Shown here: piece by piece, positions 10,701-19,237 of the stretch
How positions within the stretch are numbered: the first letter of the stretch is position 1
Layout: every line of letters begins with the position of its first letter
Source: Burkholderiales bacterium
GTDB taxonomy: Bacteria; Pseudomonadota; Gammaproteobacteria; Burkholderiales; UBA11063
Assembly (NCBI GenBank): GCA_039807465.1
Contig: JBDHRI010000001.1
Span: 1 to 44,173, forward strand
Direction: 5' to 3'
DNA length: 44,173 nt
Notes under the pieces: model-generated
Database searches by the model: none
Told to the model about the DNA's origin: nothing
The model's input: only the letters and a program-made list of their open reading frames with translations
Made by a program: the position numbers and the translations under genes

Positions 10701-11650
10701 GCGATGATCTTTTAAAAATTCGGACTGAGCTTAATCCTGTACTAGACAAACTGGTTGTTAAGCAATCAGCAGGAGTTCAGATTAATAATGTCTCTGGCTT
10801 TATCCCAGAATTTGCTAATCTTGGTAACAAGATAGAATTAGGTAAGATTGATGGTTACTATAGCCTAATCGTAGAGAAGGACAGTTCAATTACTTATGGA
10901 GTAGTAAGTAAGGTAGAACAAGCACAGCTAAGTACTCGTCGCGGATTTATTAACCTGATAAAACGGCAATTAAAAGACCAGCTAAAATACTTACAAACTC
11001 GTAAATTACCAGACTTTATGAAAATTAGCCTTTGCTTTAGCGAATTTTATAGCAAAGATACATTATCGGAAACGCTAGCAAATTATATTGTAAATCAGGC
11101 AATTAATGACGCTTTTATCATAACTTGGCCAAATAGCGAAACCAGCTATCTGGAACTTATCGGAAGAGCTAGACAAAATATAAGTCAATTAACTCCCGAA
11201 GTCAATAGCACATTAAGCAAAACTGCTGCGTTTTACCAACAGGTAAAGAAAGCTATAGAGAAACACGAATTACGTGAAGAAATAGAAATACAATTGGAAG
11301 ATTTATTTTATGAAAACTTTCTCAATTATACAAAATGGCAATATTTGATAAATTTCCCCCGTTATTTACAAGCAATTCTACTAAGAATTGACAAATACAA
11401 CAAATCACGGGCGAGAGATACAATTAATGCCGATGAAATCAGCACTCTCTATGAGAAATGGTATAATCATGTGGATAAACTGGAGTCCATGCATAAAGTC
11501 ATAAAATCAGAACTATATGACTTTAGATATAAAATAGAAGAACTAAGGATTTCATTATTTGCTGAGGGGTTGAAAACACTTTATCCAGTATCTACCAAAC
11601 GATTGATGGCAGAGCTGGAACAACTGTATCTGGAACATCTAACCGCTTGA
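7787..11650 (+). CDS. hrpA: ATP-dependent DEAH-box RNA helicase HrpA
   Basis: GETGSGKTTQLP, TQPRR, DEVH, SAT, QRAGRAGR; C-terminal EELRISLFA...YPVS; 1287 aa. Confidence 0.95.
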   Translation: MFNDRQILLMNSEIIDKLNNTDSPYKNYWLNQLKKHGKNQQKQEKLLTMINHELEAIDKRKTSIANLKISYPNELPVSQAVEEIKAEIGKNQITIVCGETGSGKTTQLPKILLELGYGTNGLIGHTQPRRIAAKSLTSRINYELGLANQENALVACKMRFHDRTTQSTAVKLMTDGILLQEIQNDRLLLQYSALIIDEVHERSLNIDFILGYLKKLIIKRPDLKIIVTSATLETEKLVKFFNNAPLINVSGKTYPVDIIYQPLGEGEENEGLNQGIYQAISAALSIERGHGLVFLPGEREIKECLNYLRKTELRNHELLALFARQNNEAQAQIFNDSGRIKIILATNIAETSLTIPGIKFVIDSGLAKVKRYSIRNRVEQLQIETASQASSNQRAGRAGRVSHGLCVRLFSENEFKLRKQFTEPELLRSNLANVILRMLALNIGDPLEFEFLDQPEQKAFNDGYRTLFQVQAIDENNQITPLGRKLAQIPTDIQLARILVAAAEDYAALNEALIIVAFLAIQDPRETPLEHQQLARERHQLWADKKSAFIQILNIWRWYHNELEHKKSNRKLQEACHKQFVSLVRLREWHELHRQLKEIMIGLGYKLNSTEAAYRELHSAILHGFITNIGQKDLVENHYLGTNSKKFYIHPGELCDSSKWMVAASLVETSRLYARNCAQIEPQWLNRIASHLYKYTYSSQRWDKKRGEVVATKSSMLYGLMIDSTKVSYGLINPTESREIFIKEGLVPAELNKKYSFITHNQNVINELEKLEDKLRTYFMLIDDELFSFYLEKLPIEVIDQVTLDNYIAINGDNSLRLDKNEFIARINKDSEKLELFPDYMINNGQKIKLNYIFDHENPEDGVIANIDLSQLEQIEDKQFEWLVPGIIRDKVSFLIKSLPKTIRLAFNPLNDSITEFLANSDINDSLINQLINYARTKKIELDYQSLAKITFPHHLCCHFRIFENKKLIKSGDDLLKIRTELNPVLDKLVVKQSAGVQINNVSGFIPEFANLGNKIELGKIDGYYSLIVEKDSSITYGVVSKVEQAQLSTRRGFINLIKRQLKDQLKYLQTRKLPDFMKISLCFSEFYSKDTLSETLANYIVNQAINDAFIITWPNSETSYLELIGRARQNISQLTPEVNSTLSKTAAFYQQVKKAIEKHELREEIEIQLEDLFYENFLNYTKWQYLINFPRYLQAILLRIDKYNKSRARDTINADEISTLYEKWYNHVDKLESMHKVIKSELYDFRYKIEELRISLFAEGLKTLYPVSTKRLMAELEQLYLEHLTA

Positions 11651-11665
11651 AAGAAGGTAACTTAT

Positions 11666-12481
11666 ATGCGTTTACTAATCTCTAAACACAATCTTGGCAT
11701 TTGGGCTGCAAACTATGTAGCAAAGAAAATCAATGATTTCAAGCCATCCAAGGATAAACCGTTTGTATTGGGATTACCTACTGGTTCAACACCACTTGAT
11801 ATGTATAATGAACTCATTCGTCTAAATAAAGAAGGTAAAGTTAGCTTTAAGCATGTAGTTACTTTTAATATGGACGAATATGTTGGGCTTGCTGAAGATC
11901 ACCCTGAATCATACCATTATTATATGCACCATAATTTCTTCCGCCATATTGATATAAATAAGAAAAATATTAATATCCTTGATGGTAATGCTAAGGATCT
12001 TGATACAGAATGTGAAAAATACGAAGAGAAAATTGCCAAAGCAGGAGGAATTCACATTCAGTTAGGTGGAGTTGGTGAAGATGGGCATCTGGCATTTAAT
12101 GAGCCAGGTTCCTCACTTGCCTCAAAAACACGGAGTAAAGATCTTAATTTATCAACGATCATTGCTAATTCAAGATTTTTTGGCGGCGATATTGAAAAAA
12201 CGCCAAAGCTAGCATTAACTATTGGTATTGAAACAGTAATGCAAGCAAAAGAAGTTATTATTATGGCAAAAGGATTTAATAAAGCACCTGCGGTTTGTCA
12301 GGCAATTGAGGGAGCAGTGTCCAGCATGTGTCCGATTACTGCTTTACAATATCACAAAAAAGCATTAATCATCTGTGATGAACATGCTGCTTATGAATTA
12401 AAGCTAAAAACCATTAAATATTTTGAAAATATGCAGGATGAGTATTCTGAAATGGAACATGCCTGTGATTATCTAGTATAA
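11666..12481 (+). CDS. nagB: glucosamine-6-phosphate deaminase
   Basis: [30 protein letters not shown]. Confidence 0.97.
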   Translation: MRLLISKHNLGIWAANYVAKKINDFKPSKDKPFVLGLPTGSTPLDMYNELIRLNKEGKVSFKHVVTFNMDEYVGLAEDHPESYHYYMHHNFFRHIDINKKNINILDGNAKDLDTECEKYEEKIAKAGGIHIQLGGVGEDGHLAFNEPGSSLASKTRSKDLNLSTIIANSRFFGGDIEKTPKLALTIGIETVMQAKEVIIMAKGFNKAPAVCQAIEGAVSSMCPITALQYHKKALIICDEHAAYELKLKTIKYFENMQDEYSEMEHACDYLV

Positions 12482-12496
12482 AACCTAGAAGAATTT

Positions 12497-13159
12497 ATGC
12501 GTAAAATAATATTTCTAATTCTGCTATGCTGGTTTGGTGCTGCCAATGCCAGCTTTTTTTCTAATCTTTTCGGTGGCAGCCATCACAGGAAAAGTAGCAA
12601 AAATAAAGTAATCCAAGAGGAAATAGATCCAAGTCAGGACAATTATCAGCAGTTTTGTTCAAAGAATCAGACTACTTATGGATTTCAGATTCGATGTCAG
12701 AGTCCAGATCTTGTAACTTCATTCAAACCGTCTGAATCAGCAATTATAAAATGTAGCCAAACTTATAGAGGAATCAGTAATAAATTTCCAACTAGTGTAG
12801 TACTTAGCAATGATTTTATCTCAAGCCTAAACTTATGCCAAGGTATGAGCTATGGTCCTTTTACTGTTCCATCTATCTCTGTACTCAATGAAAGTGGAAT
12901 CTTTGTCCAGAAAAATAGCCTTGTTACTTATTATGATGTTGCCTGTCAGGGACTATCCGCATATGAAAGTAACACTTATACTCACATAGCTCAACAAAAT
13001 GAAAGTAATCTGGAACAACAAATTAATTTGTGTATAGCTCAAGCTCAACAGCAACCGCAAATGAGAAATTTTATTATAATGTTCTATGTCTGTGCCGGAA
13101 TAGCTCTGATTTCACTAATAATTGTGATTATCCGCAAATACAAACAACGAAATTACTAA
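12497..13159 (+). CDS. hypothetical exported protein with a C-terminal membrane anchor
   Basis: Signal peptide ending ANA-S; six Cys in the soluble part; C-terminal TM helix followed by RKYKQR. Confidence 0.75.
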   Translation: MRKIIFLILLCWFGAANASFFSNLFGGSHHRKSSKNKVIQEEIDPSQDNYQQFCSKNQTTYGFQIRCQSPDLVTSFKPSESAIIKCSQTYRGISNKFPTSVVLSNDFISSLNLCQGMSYGPFTVPSISVLNESGIFVQKNSLVTYYDVACQGLSAYESNTYTHIAQQNESNLEQQINLCIAQAQQQPQMRNFIIMFYVCAGIALISLIIVIIRKYKQRNY

Positions 13160-13190
13160 GATAAACACCATAATTTAAATTGAATTTTAA

Positions 13191-13949
13191 TTGAAAAATG
13201 AGAATTTTAGTTTGAGCAATAAGATTATAAATCCAGATAATACTCTACTTAGTGTAGTAATGCCAGTTTATCAAACTAATGAAACTTATTTACGCGAAGC
13301 AATTGAGAGTATTCTTTTACAAACATATGCTGATTTTGAATTTTTAATTATCAACGATAGCCCACACGATGAATCAAGACTAAAGTCAATTATTGATAGT
13401 TATAATGATCAGCGGATTATTTGGATTAACAACCCAGTAAATTTAGGGATAGCAAGTAGCTCAAATAGCGGGATTGATCGTGCGCAAGGGCTATTTATCG
13501 CCATGATGGATCACGATGATATTTGCATCCCCACGAGATTTGCACAGCAAATTAAATTTTTAACAGATAATCAAAATTTTGGTTTTGTCGGTGGACAGGC
13601 TGAAGGATTCTATCCAGATAAATCTAGCGTGCTTTTAGGCTATCAAGTTTCTTCATCTATGAAACAAGTAAAACAAAGCTTTTTTGATGGAGTACCTTTT
13701 CTAAACCCAAGTGTGATGTTTCGTAAATCAGCATTAGGCAATTTAAGATATAACCCGGACTATAAAATATGCGCCGACTACGATCTGTTTGCCAGACTTG
13801 TTTTTGGAGAAGATATCTTGGCTAGTAATTTACCAGAAGTAATTTTACGTTATCGCTTTCATGATGCAAATACATCGTTGAATCAGTATCTACTCGCGGA
13901 ACAGGAAACTAATAAAGTTCAGGACTGGATTTTGCAGCATACTACTTAA
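13191..13949 (+). CDS. family 2 glycosyltransferase
   Basis: SVVMPVY, IESIL-QTY-DFEFLIIND, MDHDD (DxD), NPSVMFRK; start uncertain (TTG). Confidence 0.9.
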   Translation: MKNENFSLSNKIINPDNTLLSVVMPVYQTNETYLREAIESILLQTYADFEFLIINDSPHDESRLKSIIDSYNDQRIIWINNPVNLGIASSSNSGIDRAQGLFIAMMDHDDICIPTRFAQQIKFLTDNQNFGFVGGQAEGFYPDKSSVLLGYQVSSSMKQVKQSFFDGVPFLNPSVMFRKSALGNLRYNPDYKICADYDLFARLVFGEDILASNLPEVILRYRFHDANTSLNQYLLAEQETNKVQDWILQHTT

Positions 13950-14008
13950 CAAGTTCATAACCTTTAAAAACCCCTAATGGGGCTTATTTATTTAAAAAAG
14001 TATTGTTA

Positions 14009-14470
14009 TTATTGTAAAACAGGTGTCAGTGTAACTGTACCTGTACAACTAAATGGTGTATTATTAACTGTAATTGATAAATTATTAGTTGCTGTAAATA
14101 CATTAGTTGCAGAATTTATTGCACAACTTACCCAAGAACCTTGAACTGATACCGTGATTGAGTTAATTATTTGTGACTGAAAAAACTGTAAACATGGATT
14201 TGAATTAGCATTAACTCCAGCAGGCGTACATGAAGAAGACTGCCCCATCCCGCAAATCTCTCCTGAACTGTTAACTGTTACAGGAATAGAACTCTCTACC
14301 ACTGAGCAATTTTCTGCTGGTTGCATATTGCTATATGACATAGTGTAGTTACCTGCCGGCAGGTACGAAGGGGCAGGAGAATTGCTACTGCTACCACCAC
14401 CATTACAACCATAAATAAGACTACTGGTAATTGCCATTAAAGACAGCAATAATATATTGTTTTTCTTCAT
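14009..14470 (-). CDS. hypothetical Cys-rich lipoprotein
   Basis: SD AAAGGA; MKK-hydrophobic-IYGC lipobox-like site, then a GGGSSS linker; six further Cys. Confidence 0.8.
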   Translation of the reverse strand: MKKNNILLLSLMAITSSLIYGCNGGGSSSNSPAPSYLPAGNYTMSYSNMQPAENCSVVESSIPVTVNSSGEICGMGQSSSCTPAGVNANSNPCLQFFQSQIINSITVSVQGSWVSCAINSATNVFTATNNLSITVNNTPFSCTGTVTLTPVLQ

Positions 14471-14773
14471 AATGTATTCCTTTAATCATATTATCAAAGA
14501 GGATTGTAACATTATAAAGAGTCATATTAAAAGCTTACCCTCCTTATAAGTTGAGTTTAATAACCATATTTATCATAACTAACTGATATGATAACCTATA
14601 ATATAGCAGACATTTTACGACAATTTTTGCATAGCCATAAAACCAACATCCGTTATGATTCATTGGGTTTAAACGATAAACCCCTAGCATGATTTAACTA
14701 CCACGCCAACTTTCCTATCTAGTAAAATCACATCTGAAATTAAAATTTAGCACACAGGTTTTAAAAAATAACT

Positions 14774-15622
14774 ATGACTAAAATTAGCCTATTAACTTTT
14801 AGTGACCATTCCCGCCACTTTAAAGAATGTATCTATGTTTATCCAGTCGTATCCCGCCGGGCTCAAGGTATATCACTCGGGGTTAACCTAAACATCAATA
14901 ATGCTTGTAACTGGCGTTGTGTTTACTGTCAAGTTGAAGGTCTGGTGCGTGGCAAGCCAGATAGAATTGATCTGGCTAAACTAGAACACGAGCTTGATGT
15001 GATGCTTGAATGGATTATTCATGGTGATTTCATCATAACTCATGCACCAGATGGATTGCAACGCTTTAATGATATTTGCTTATCTGGAAATGGTGAATCA
15101 ACATTATCCAAAGATTTCGTTGCAGTTACCCAAATTATTGCAAGGCTACGTAAAAAATACCAGATTGGGTCTGAGGTAAAAACCATTCTAATCAGTAATG
15201 GTAGCGAAATGCATTTACCTGCAACCCAAGAAGGGTTAAAAATCATTGCTGAAAATAATGGTGAACTATGGTTTAAGATTGATAGAGTTAGCCCCGAAGG
15301 AGTTTCAGAGGTTAATCAGGTAAATTTACATCTGGATGGTATTCTGGAGCGTCTAAAAATGGCATCAGATATATGCCCGACATGGATACAAAGCTGCTGG
15401 TTTAAAACTGCAAATATCAACCCATCAAAAGAAGAAGTAGATAATTTTATTGAGCTAATTTATAATATTCGTCAAATGATTAAGGGCGTTTTACTTTACT
15501 CAACAGCTCGTAATCCAGCACTTCCTGAAGGTAATAATATAAGTCAGGTTAGTATAGACTTTCTTGCCGAGATGGCAAACCGGATAAAAAGTTTTGCTAT
15601 CGAAGTGAAATACTACCAATAG
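14774..15622 (+). CDS. radical SAM protein of unknown function (COG0731-like)
   Basis: VYPVVSRR-GISLGVN, CNWRCVYC (CxxxCxxC), SGNGE. Confidence 0.9.
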   Translation: MTKISLLTFSDHSRHFKECIYVYPVVSRRAQGISLGVNLNINNACNWRCVYCQVEGLVRGKPDRIDLAKLEHELDVMLEWIIHGDFIITHAPDGLQRFNDICLSGNGESTLSKDFVAVTQIIARLRKKYQIGSEVKTILISNGSEMHLPATQEGLKIIAENNGELWFKIDRVSPEGVSEVNQVNLHLDGILERLKMASDICPTWIQSCWFKTANINPSKEEVDNFIELIYNIRQMIKGVLLYSTARNPALPEGNNISQVSIDFLAEMANRIKSFAIEVKYYQ

Positions 15623-15636
15623 AATAAGATATTTAC

Positions 15637-15696
15637 CTAACCAAAAAACATTAAGCCGATGGCGAAACAAAGCAATACATTAAGAATTTCTGTCAT
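15637..15696 (-). CDS. putative 19-aa hydrophobic micropeptide MTEILNVLLCFAIGLMFFG
   Basis: ATG at 15696 with SD AGGA 6 nt upstream; TAG at 15639-15637; wholly intergenic; no charged residue after E3. Confidence 0.5.
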   Translation of the reverse strand: MTEILNVLLCFAIGLMFFG

Positions 15697-15780
15697 GATT
15701 AATCCTGTGAAAAAGGTGTGTTATAAATTAACACACCGGGAATAGTGGCAAGCAGGATTGTAAAACCTCTGCCAGCCTGA
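15697..15780 (-). ncRNA. structured leader or candidate small RNA upstream of the micropeptide
   Basis: 5' hairpin TGGCAGAGG..CCTGCTTGCCA; 9-bp hairpin with U5 tail; AATCCTG complementary to the SD-containing CAGGATT. Confidence 0.45.
15710..15737 (-). terminator. intrinsic terminator-like hairpin, U-tail on the minus strand only
   Basis: GGTGTGTTA-attta-TAACACACC-TTTTT on the minus strand. Confidence 0.7.
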
Positions 15781-15881
15781 ATTATGCAATATCATAAAAA
15801 CTATTGTTAGTCCAATTTAGTGGAGTACAATATCATCTGAATCTGAATATCAGATAAACTAAACATGGAGCGTATAATTAA

Positions 15882-17345
15882 ATGACTATAGAAATAACTT
15901 TGCTTAATCCTGAACTGATTCAAACAGGATTATTAATCAATGGTAAATGGATTAATACAAACCGTGATTTATTTCCAGTATTTAATCCGGCAACCAGCGA
16001 AAAAATCTGCAAAATTAGTATAGCAACTGAAGACGACTTGTTATCTGCAGTTAACTCTGCTCAGCTCGCAATGAAAGAATGGCAAAAATATACAGCTAAG
16101 GAGCGCGGCAAAATAATCAAGACTTGGGGAGAACTAATAACTACCAATGCGGATGATTTAGCCAAAATTTTGACGCTTGAACAGGGAAAACCACTAACAG
16201 AAGCCAAAGGCGAAATTCTTTATGGTGCCAGCTATTTTGAATGGTATGCTGAGGAAGCAAAACGTATTTATGGTGAAACTATCCCCGCAAATCAGCCTAA
16301 GCAAAAAATAACGGTACAATACGAGCCAGTAGGAGTTTGTGCCGCAATAACTCCATGGAACTTTCCCAACGCAATGCTGGCAAGAAAAGTAGCACCTGCA
16401 ATTGCAGCTGGATGTGCCATGATCGCCAAACCTGCTAGCCAAACACCATTATCAGCAAATGCCCTCGCCTATCTTGGGTTAAAGGCAGGCATACCTGCGG
16501 GACTATTAAACGTCATTCATGGACACAGTGGGCAAATTGGTGAATTTTTCTGTTCCAACCCAGCCATCCGAAAATTAACCTTTACTGGCTCTACCGAGGT
16601 CGGTGTCTGGCTTTATCAAAATTGTGCGAATACAATGAAAAAAATGTCCCTAGAATTAGGCGGTAATGCTCCATTAATTGTTTTTGAAGATGCTGATATT
16701 GACATTGCAGTTGATGGCATTATAAAAAGCAAGTTTAGAAATAGTGGTCAAACCTGTGTCTGCTCAAACCGGATTTTTATTCATAATTCAATCAAGAACA
16801 CCGTAATTGAGAAACTACGAATCGAAATTGCTAAATTAAAATTAGGTAATGGACTTGATGCAACTACTCACCTAGGACCACTTATCGATAATAAAGCAGT
16901 AATTCACGCCAAGAGTCTGGTAGATGATGCCATTATGAACCAAGCCAAATTGATTACTGGCGGTAATATTGATACAACCTTAGGTGGATTATTCTTTCAA
17001 CCGACGTTGATTAATTGTGAAACTACAAATTTACGTCTCTTTAAGGAAGAAATTTTTGCACCAATACTTGCAGTCTATGGTTTTGATAGTGATGAGGAAG
17101 TCATTGAACTAGCCAATAATACTCCTTATGGTTTAGCAAGTTACTTCTTTAGTCAGAATATCAAACGGATATATCATGTAGCAGAGGCATTACAGTATGG
17201 AATGGTTGGGGTCAATACCGGAATCATCTCTGCCGAAAATGTTCCATTTGGTGGTGTGAAAATGTCAGGACTCGGACGTGAAGGTGGACACCAAGGAATT
17301 GAAGAGTATTTACAAAGCAAATATATCTGTATCTCATTAGTTTAA
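15882..17345 (+). CDS. gabD: NAD(P)-dependent succinate-semialdehyde dehydrogenase
   Basis: ITPWNFP, FTGST, ELGGNAP, KFRNSGQTCVC, EEIFAP, PFGGVKMSGLGREG. Confidence 0.9.
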   Translation: MTIEITLLNPELIQTGLLINGKWINTNRDLFPVFNPATSEKICKISIATEDDLLSAVNSAQLAMKEWQKYTAKERGKIIKTWGELITTNADDLAKILTLEQGKPLTEAKGEILYGASYFEWYAEEAKRIYGETIPANQPKQKITVQYEPVGVCAAITPWNFPNAMLARKVAPAIAAGCAMIAKPASQTPLSANALAYLGLKAGIPAGLLNVIHGHSGQIGEFFCSNPAIRKLTFTGSTEVGVWLYQNCANTMKKMSLELGGNAPLIVFEDADIDIAVDGIIKSKFRNSGQTCVCSNRIFIHNSIKNTVIEKLRIEIAKLKLGNGLDATTHLGPLIDNKAVIHAKSLVDDAIMNQAKLITGGNIDTTLGGLFFQPTLINCETTNLRLFKEEIFAPILAVYGFDSDEEVIELANNTPYGLASYFFSQNIKRIYHVAEALQYGMVGVNTGIISAENVPFGGVKMSGLGREGGHQGIEEYLQSKYICISLV

Positions 17346-17543
17346 CTATTGGTTATCCCTATAAAACTTCAAACAAATTAAATAAATATATAGGCGAGAC
17401 AGAAGATTATTAATTAACTGACAAACCAACGCCCTAAAAGCTTCAAGTTGGTAAGGATATGATTGAATCACAAATTAATCCAGAAATAAGCTAAAATCCT
17501 GTTTGATGCAATAAAATCAGTCCAGTTTGGAATAAAAATACAT

Positions 17544-19166
17544 ATGAAAATCAATAAACTAATACATACCTTATGTTTAACCAGCCTCCTGATGCTTGGC
17601 AGCTGCGCCAAAAAAGATGGCTCTACCTCTACAGAAAACACCCTACGAGTTGATGTAGGGACAGAATTACCAACCTTTGATCCAGCACTTGCTGAAGATG
17701 GAAACACCTACCGGGTTATTAATGACTTATTTGCAGGATTAGTTGATTTTGATCAGGCAAATCGCCCAATCCCTGGGATGGCTAAAAGCTGGGAAATAAG
17801 CTCGGATGGAAAAATCTACACTTTTCATCTTCGCGACAATCTAAAATTTTCTGATGGTTCACCAATTACAGCCGACGACTTTGTTTTTTCATGGCGGCGA
17901 TTGATTGACCCAAAAACTGGCTCATCATATGCATTTTTGTTAAAAGATGTATTAAATGGTCAAAAAATTATTGATGGCAAAGAAAAGCCGGAGAGGTTAG
18001 GCGTTATTGCACTAGATCCAGAAACTTTTGTCGTTCACTTGGAACATCCAACCAATGCGTTTTTATCATATATTACGACACCAAATGTATTTGTTGTTCC
18101 ACGTAAAGTTATTGAAAAATATGGTCAAAATTGGACAAAACCAGAACACATGGTAACATCCGGAGCATATATACTGAAGGAACACGTTGTTAATGGTTAT
18201 ATACTAGCCACAAAAAATCAGAATTTTTATGCAGAAAGCTCCGTCAAAATAAAGAATGTCAAATATTTTCCATTCACTGACACAAATGCATCGCTCTCCA
18301 ACTTTAAAACTGGAGCGTTGGATACAACTTGGCAAAACGTTCCAATTGATCAGTATAAACAGCTACAAAAACAGTTTCCAGATGAATTGCACACCTTCAA
18401 ATGGGAAAGGATGGATTATCTAAACCTGAATTTCCAATTACCAAAATTTGCCAATAATCTCAAACTACGTCAGGCACTAGCAATGGCAATAAACCGAGAG
18501 GATTTAACGCAGAAAGTACTGGGTGCAGGACAAACTCCCCTTTACTCAACAATAACACCAACTATAGAAAATGGCAAATATGCTGATTTAAGTTATAGCT
18601 GGAGTAAACTCCCCTACGACAAACAAATCCAAATGGCAAAGGAGCTATATAAAGAAGCTGGTTATGGACCAAATAACCCATTAACTCTTACCATCAAATA
18701 TCAAACTAACGATTTATATAAAAAAGTCATGATTTCAGTAATGTCAATGTGGCAAGAAACTCTGGGTGTAAAAGTTAAACTGGTGAATGAAGAAATGAAG
18801 GTTCTTTTTCCTGAGCTTAAAAATGGAAATTATGAAGTCGCCCAAGGACGCTGGGGAGCTGATTATAACTCGGTAACCACTTACACTCCACTTTTTATCT
18901 GCAATAATGGTAACAATCGTTCTCACTATTGCAATAAAAATTATGACACACTTATTGCAAAAGCTGAAGCAACATCAAATCCAGCACAACAGCAACAGCT
19001 TTATAAGCAAGCGCTACAGATTGCAATGAATGAGTACGCAATAATTCCACTATACGAACCAACACATCAACGCTTAGTTAATAAACGTGTAAAAGGCTAT
19101 GATATAGATAGTAACTATCTAGACAATGTGCAGACAAAATGGTTTAATCTGGATTTAGCTAAATAA
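17544..19166 (+). CDS. oppA: oligopeptide ABC transporter substrate-binding lipoprotein (family 5 SBP)
   Basis: LGSC lipobox; FSDGSPITADDFVFSWRRL-DP, SGAY, LRQALAMAINRE, RWGADY. Confidence 0.9.
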   Translation: MKINKLIHTLCLTSLLMLGSCAKKDGSTSTENTLRVDVGTELPTFDPALAEDGNTYRVINDLFAGLVDFDQANRPIPGMAKSWEISSDGKIYTFHLRDNLKFSDGSPITADDFVFSWRRLIDPKTGSSYAFLLKDVLNGQKIIDGKEKPERLGVIALDPETFVVHLEHPTNAFLSYITTPNVFVVPRKVIEKYGQNWTKPEHMVTSGAYILKEHVVNGYILATKNQNFYAESSVKIKNVKYFPFTDTNASLSNFKTGALDTTWQNVPIDQYKQLQKQFPDELHTFKWERMDYLNLNFQLPKFANNLKLRQALAMAINREDLTQKVLGAGQTPLYSTITPTIENGKYADLSYSWSKLPYDKQIQMAKELYKEAGYGPNNPLTLTIKYQTNDLYKKVMISVMSMWQETLGVKVKLVNEEMKVLFPELKNGNYEVAQGRWGADYNSVTTYTPLFICNNGNNRSHYCNKNYDTLIAKAEATSNPAQQQQLYKQALQIAMNEYAIIPLYEPTHQRLVNKRVKGYDIDSNYLDNVQTKWFNLDLAK

Positions 19167-19176
19167 TCATGTCACT

Positions 19177-19207
19177 AAAAAAGGTAGTTTTCATCAACTA
19201 CCTTTTT
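19177..19207. terminator. bidirectional terminator between convergent oppA and the protease gene
   Basis: A6-GGTAGTT-ttcatc-AACTACC-T5. Confidence 0.85.
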
Positions 19208-19237
19208 ATCTATTCATCAAGCCCAGGTAATGATTCT

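Noticed and set aside
11470-11478. Perfect DnaA box (TGTGGATAA)
   Set aside because: Single copy inside the hrpA coding sequence; no cluster or origin context
12727-12736. ACCGTCTGAA, a 9/10 match to the Neisseria DNA uptake sequence
   Set aside because: Isolated; the terminator stems contain no DUS and I saw no enrichment
14685-14730. TGATTTAAC upstream of the radical SAM gene, reminiscent of the SAM-II riboswitch loop
   Set aside because: No convincing P1 stem and no 3' GCTAAA element
15746-15774. Anticodon-arm-like or preQ1-like look of the hairpin
   Set aside because: No D or T arms, no GTTCGA, no acceptor stem; no preQ1 A-rich tail. Kept only as part of the unknown leader.
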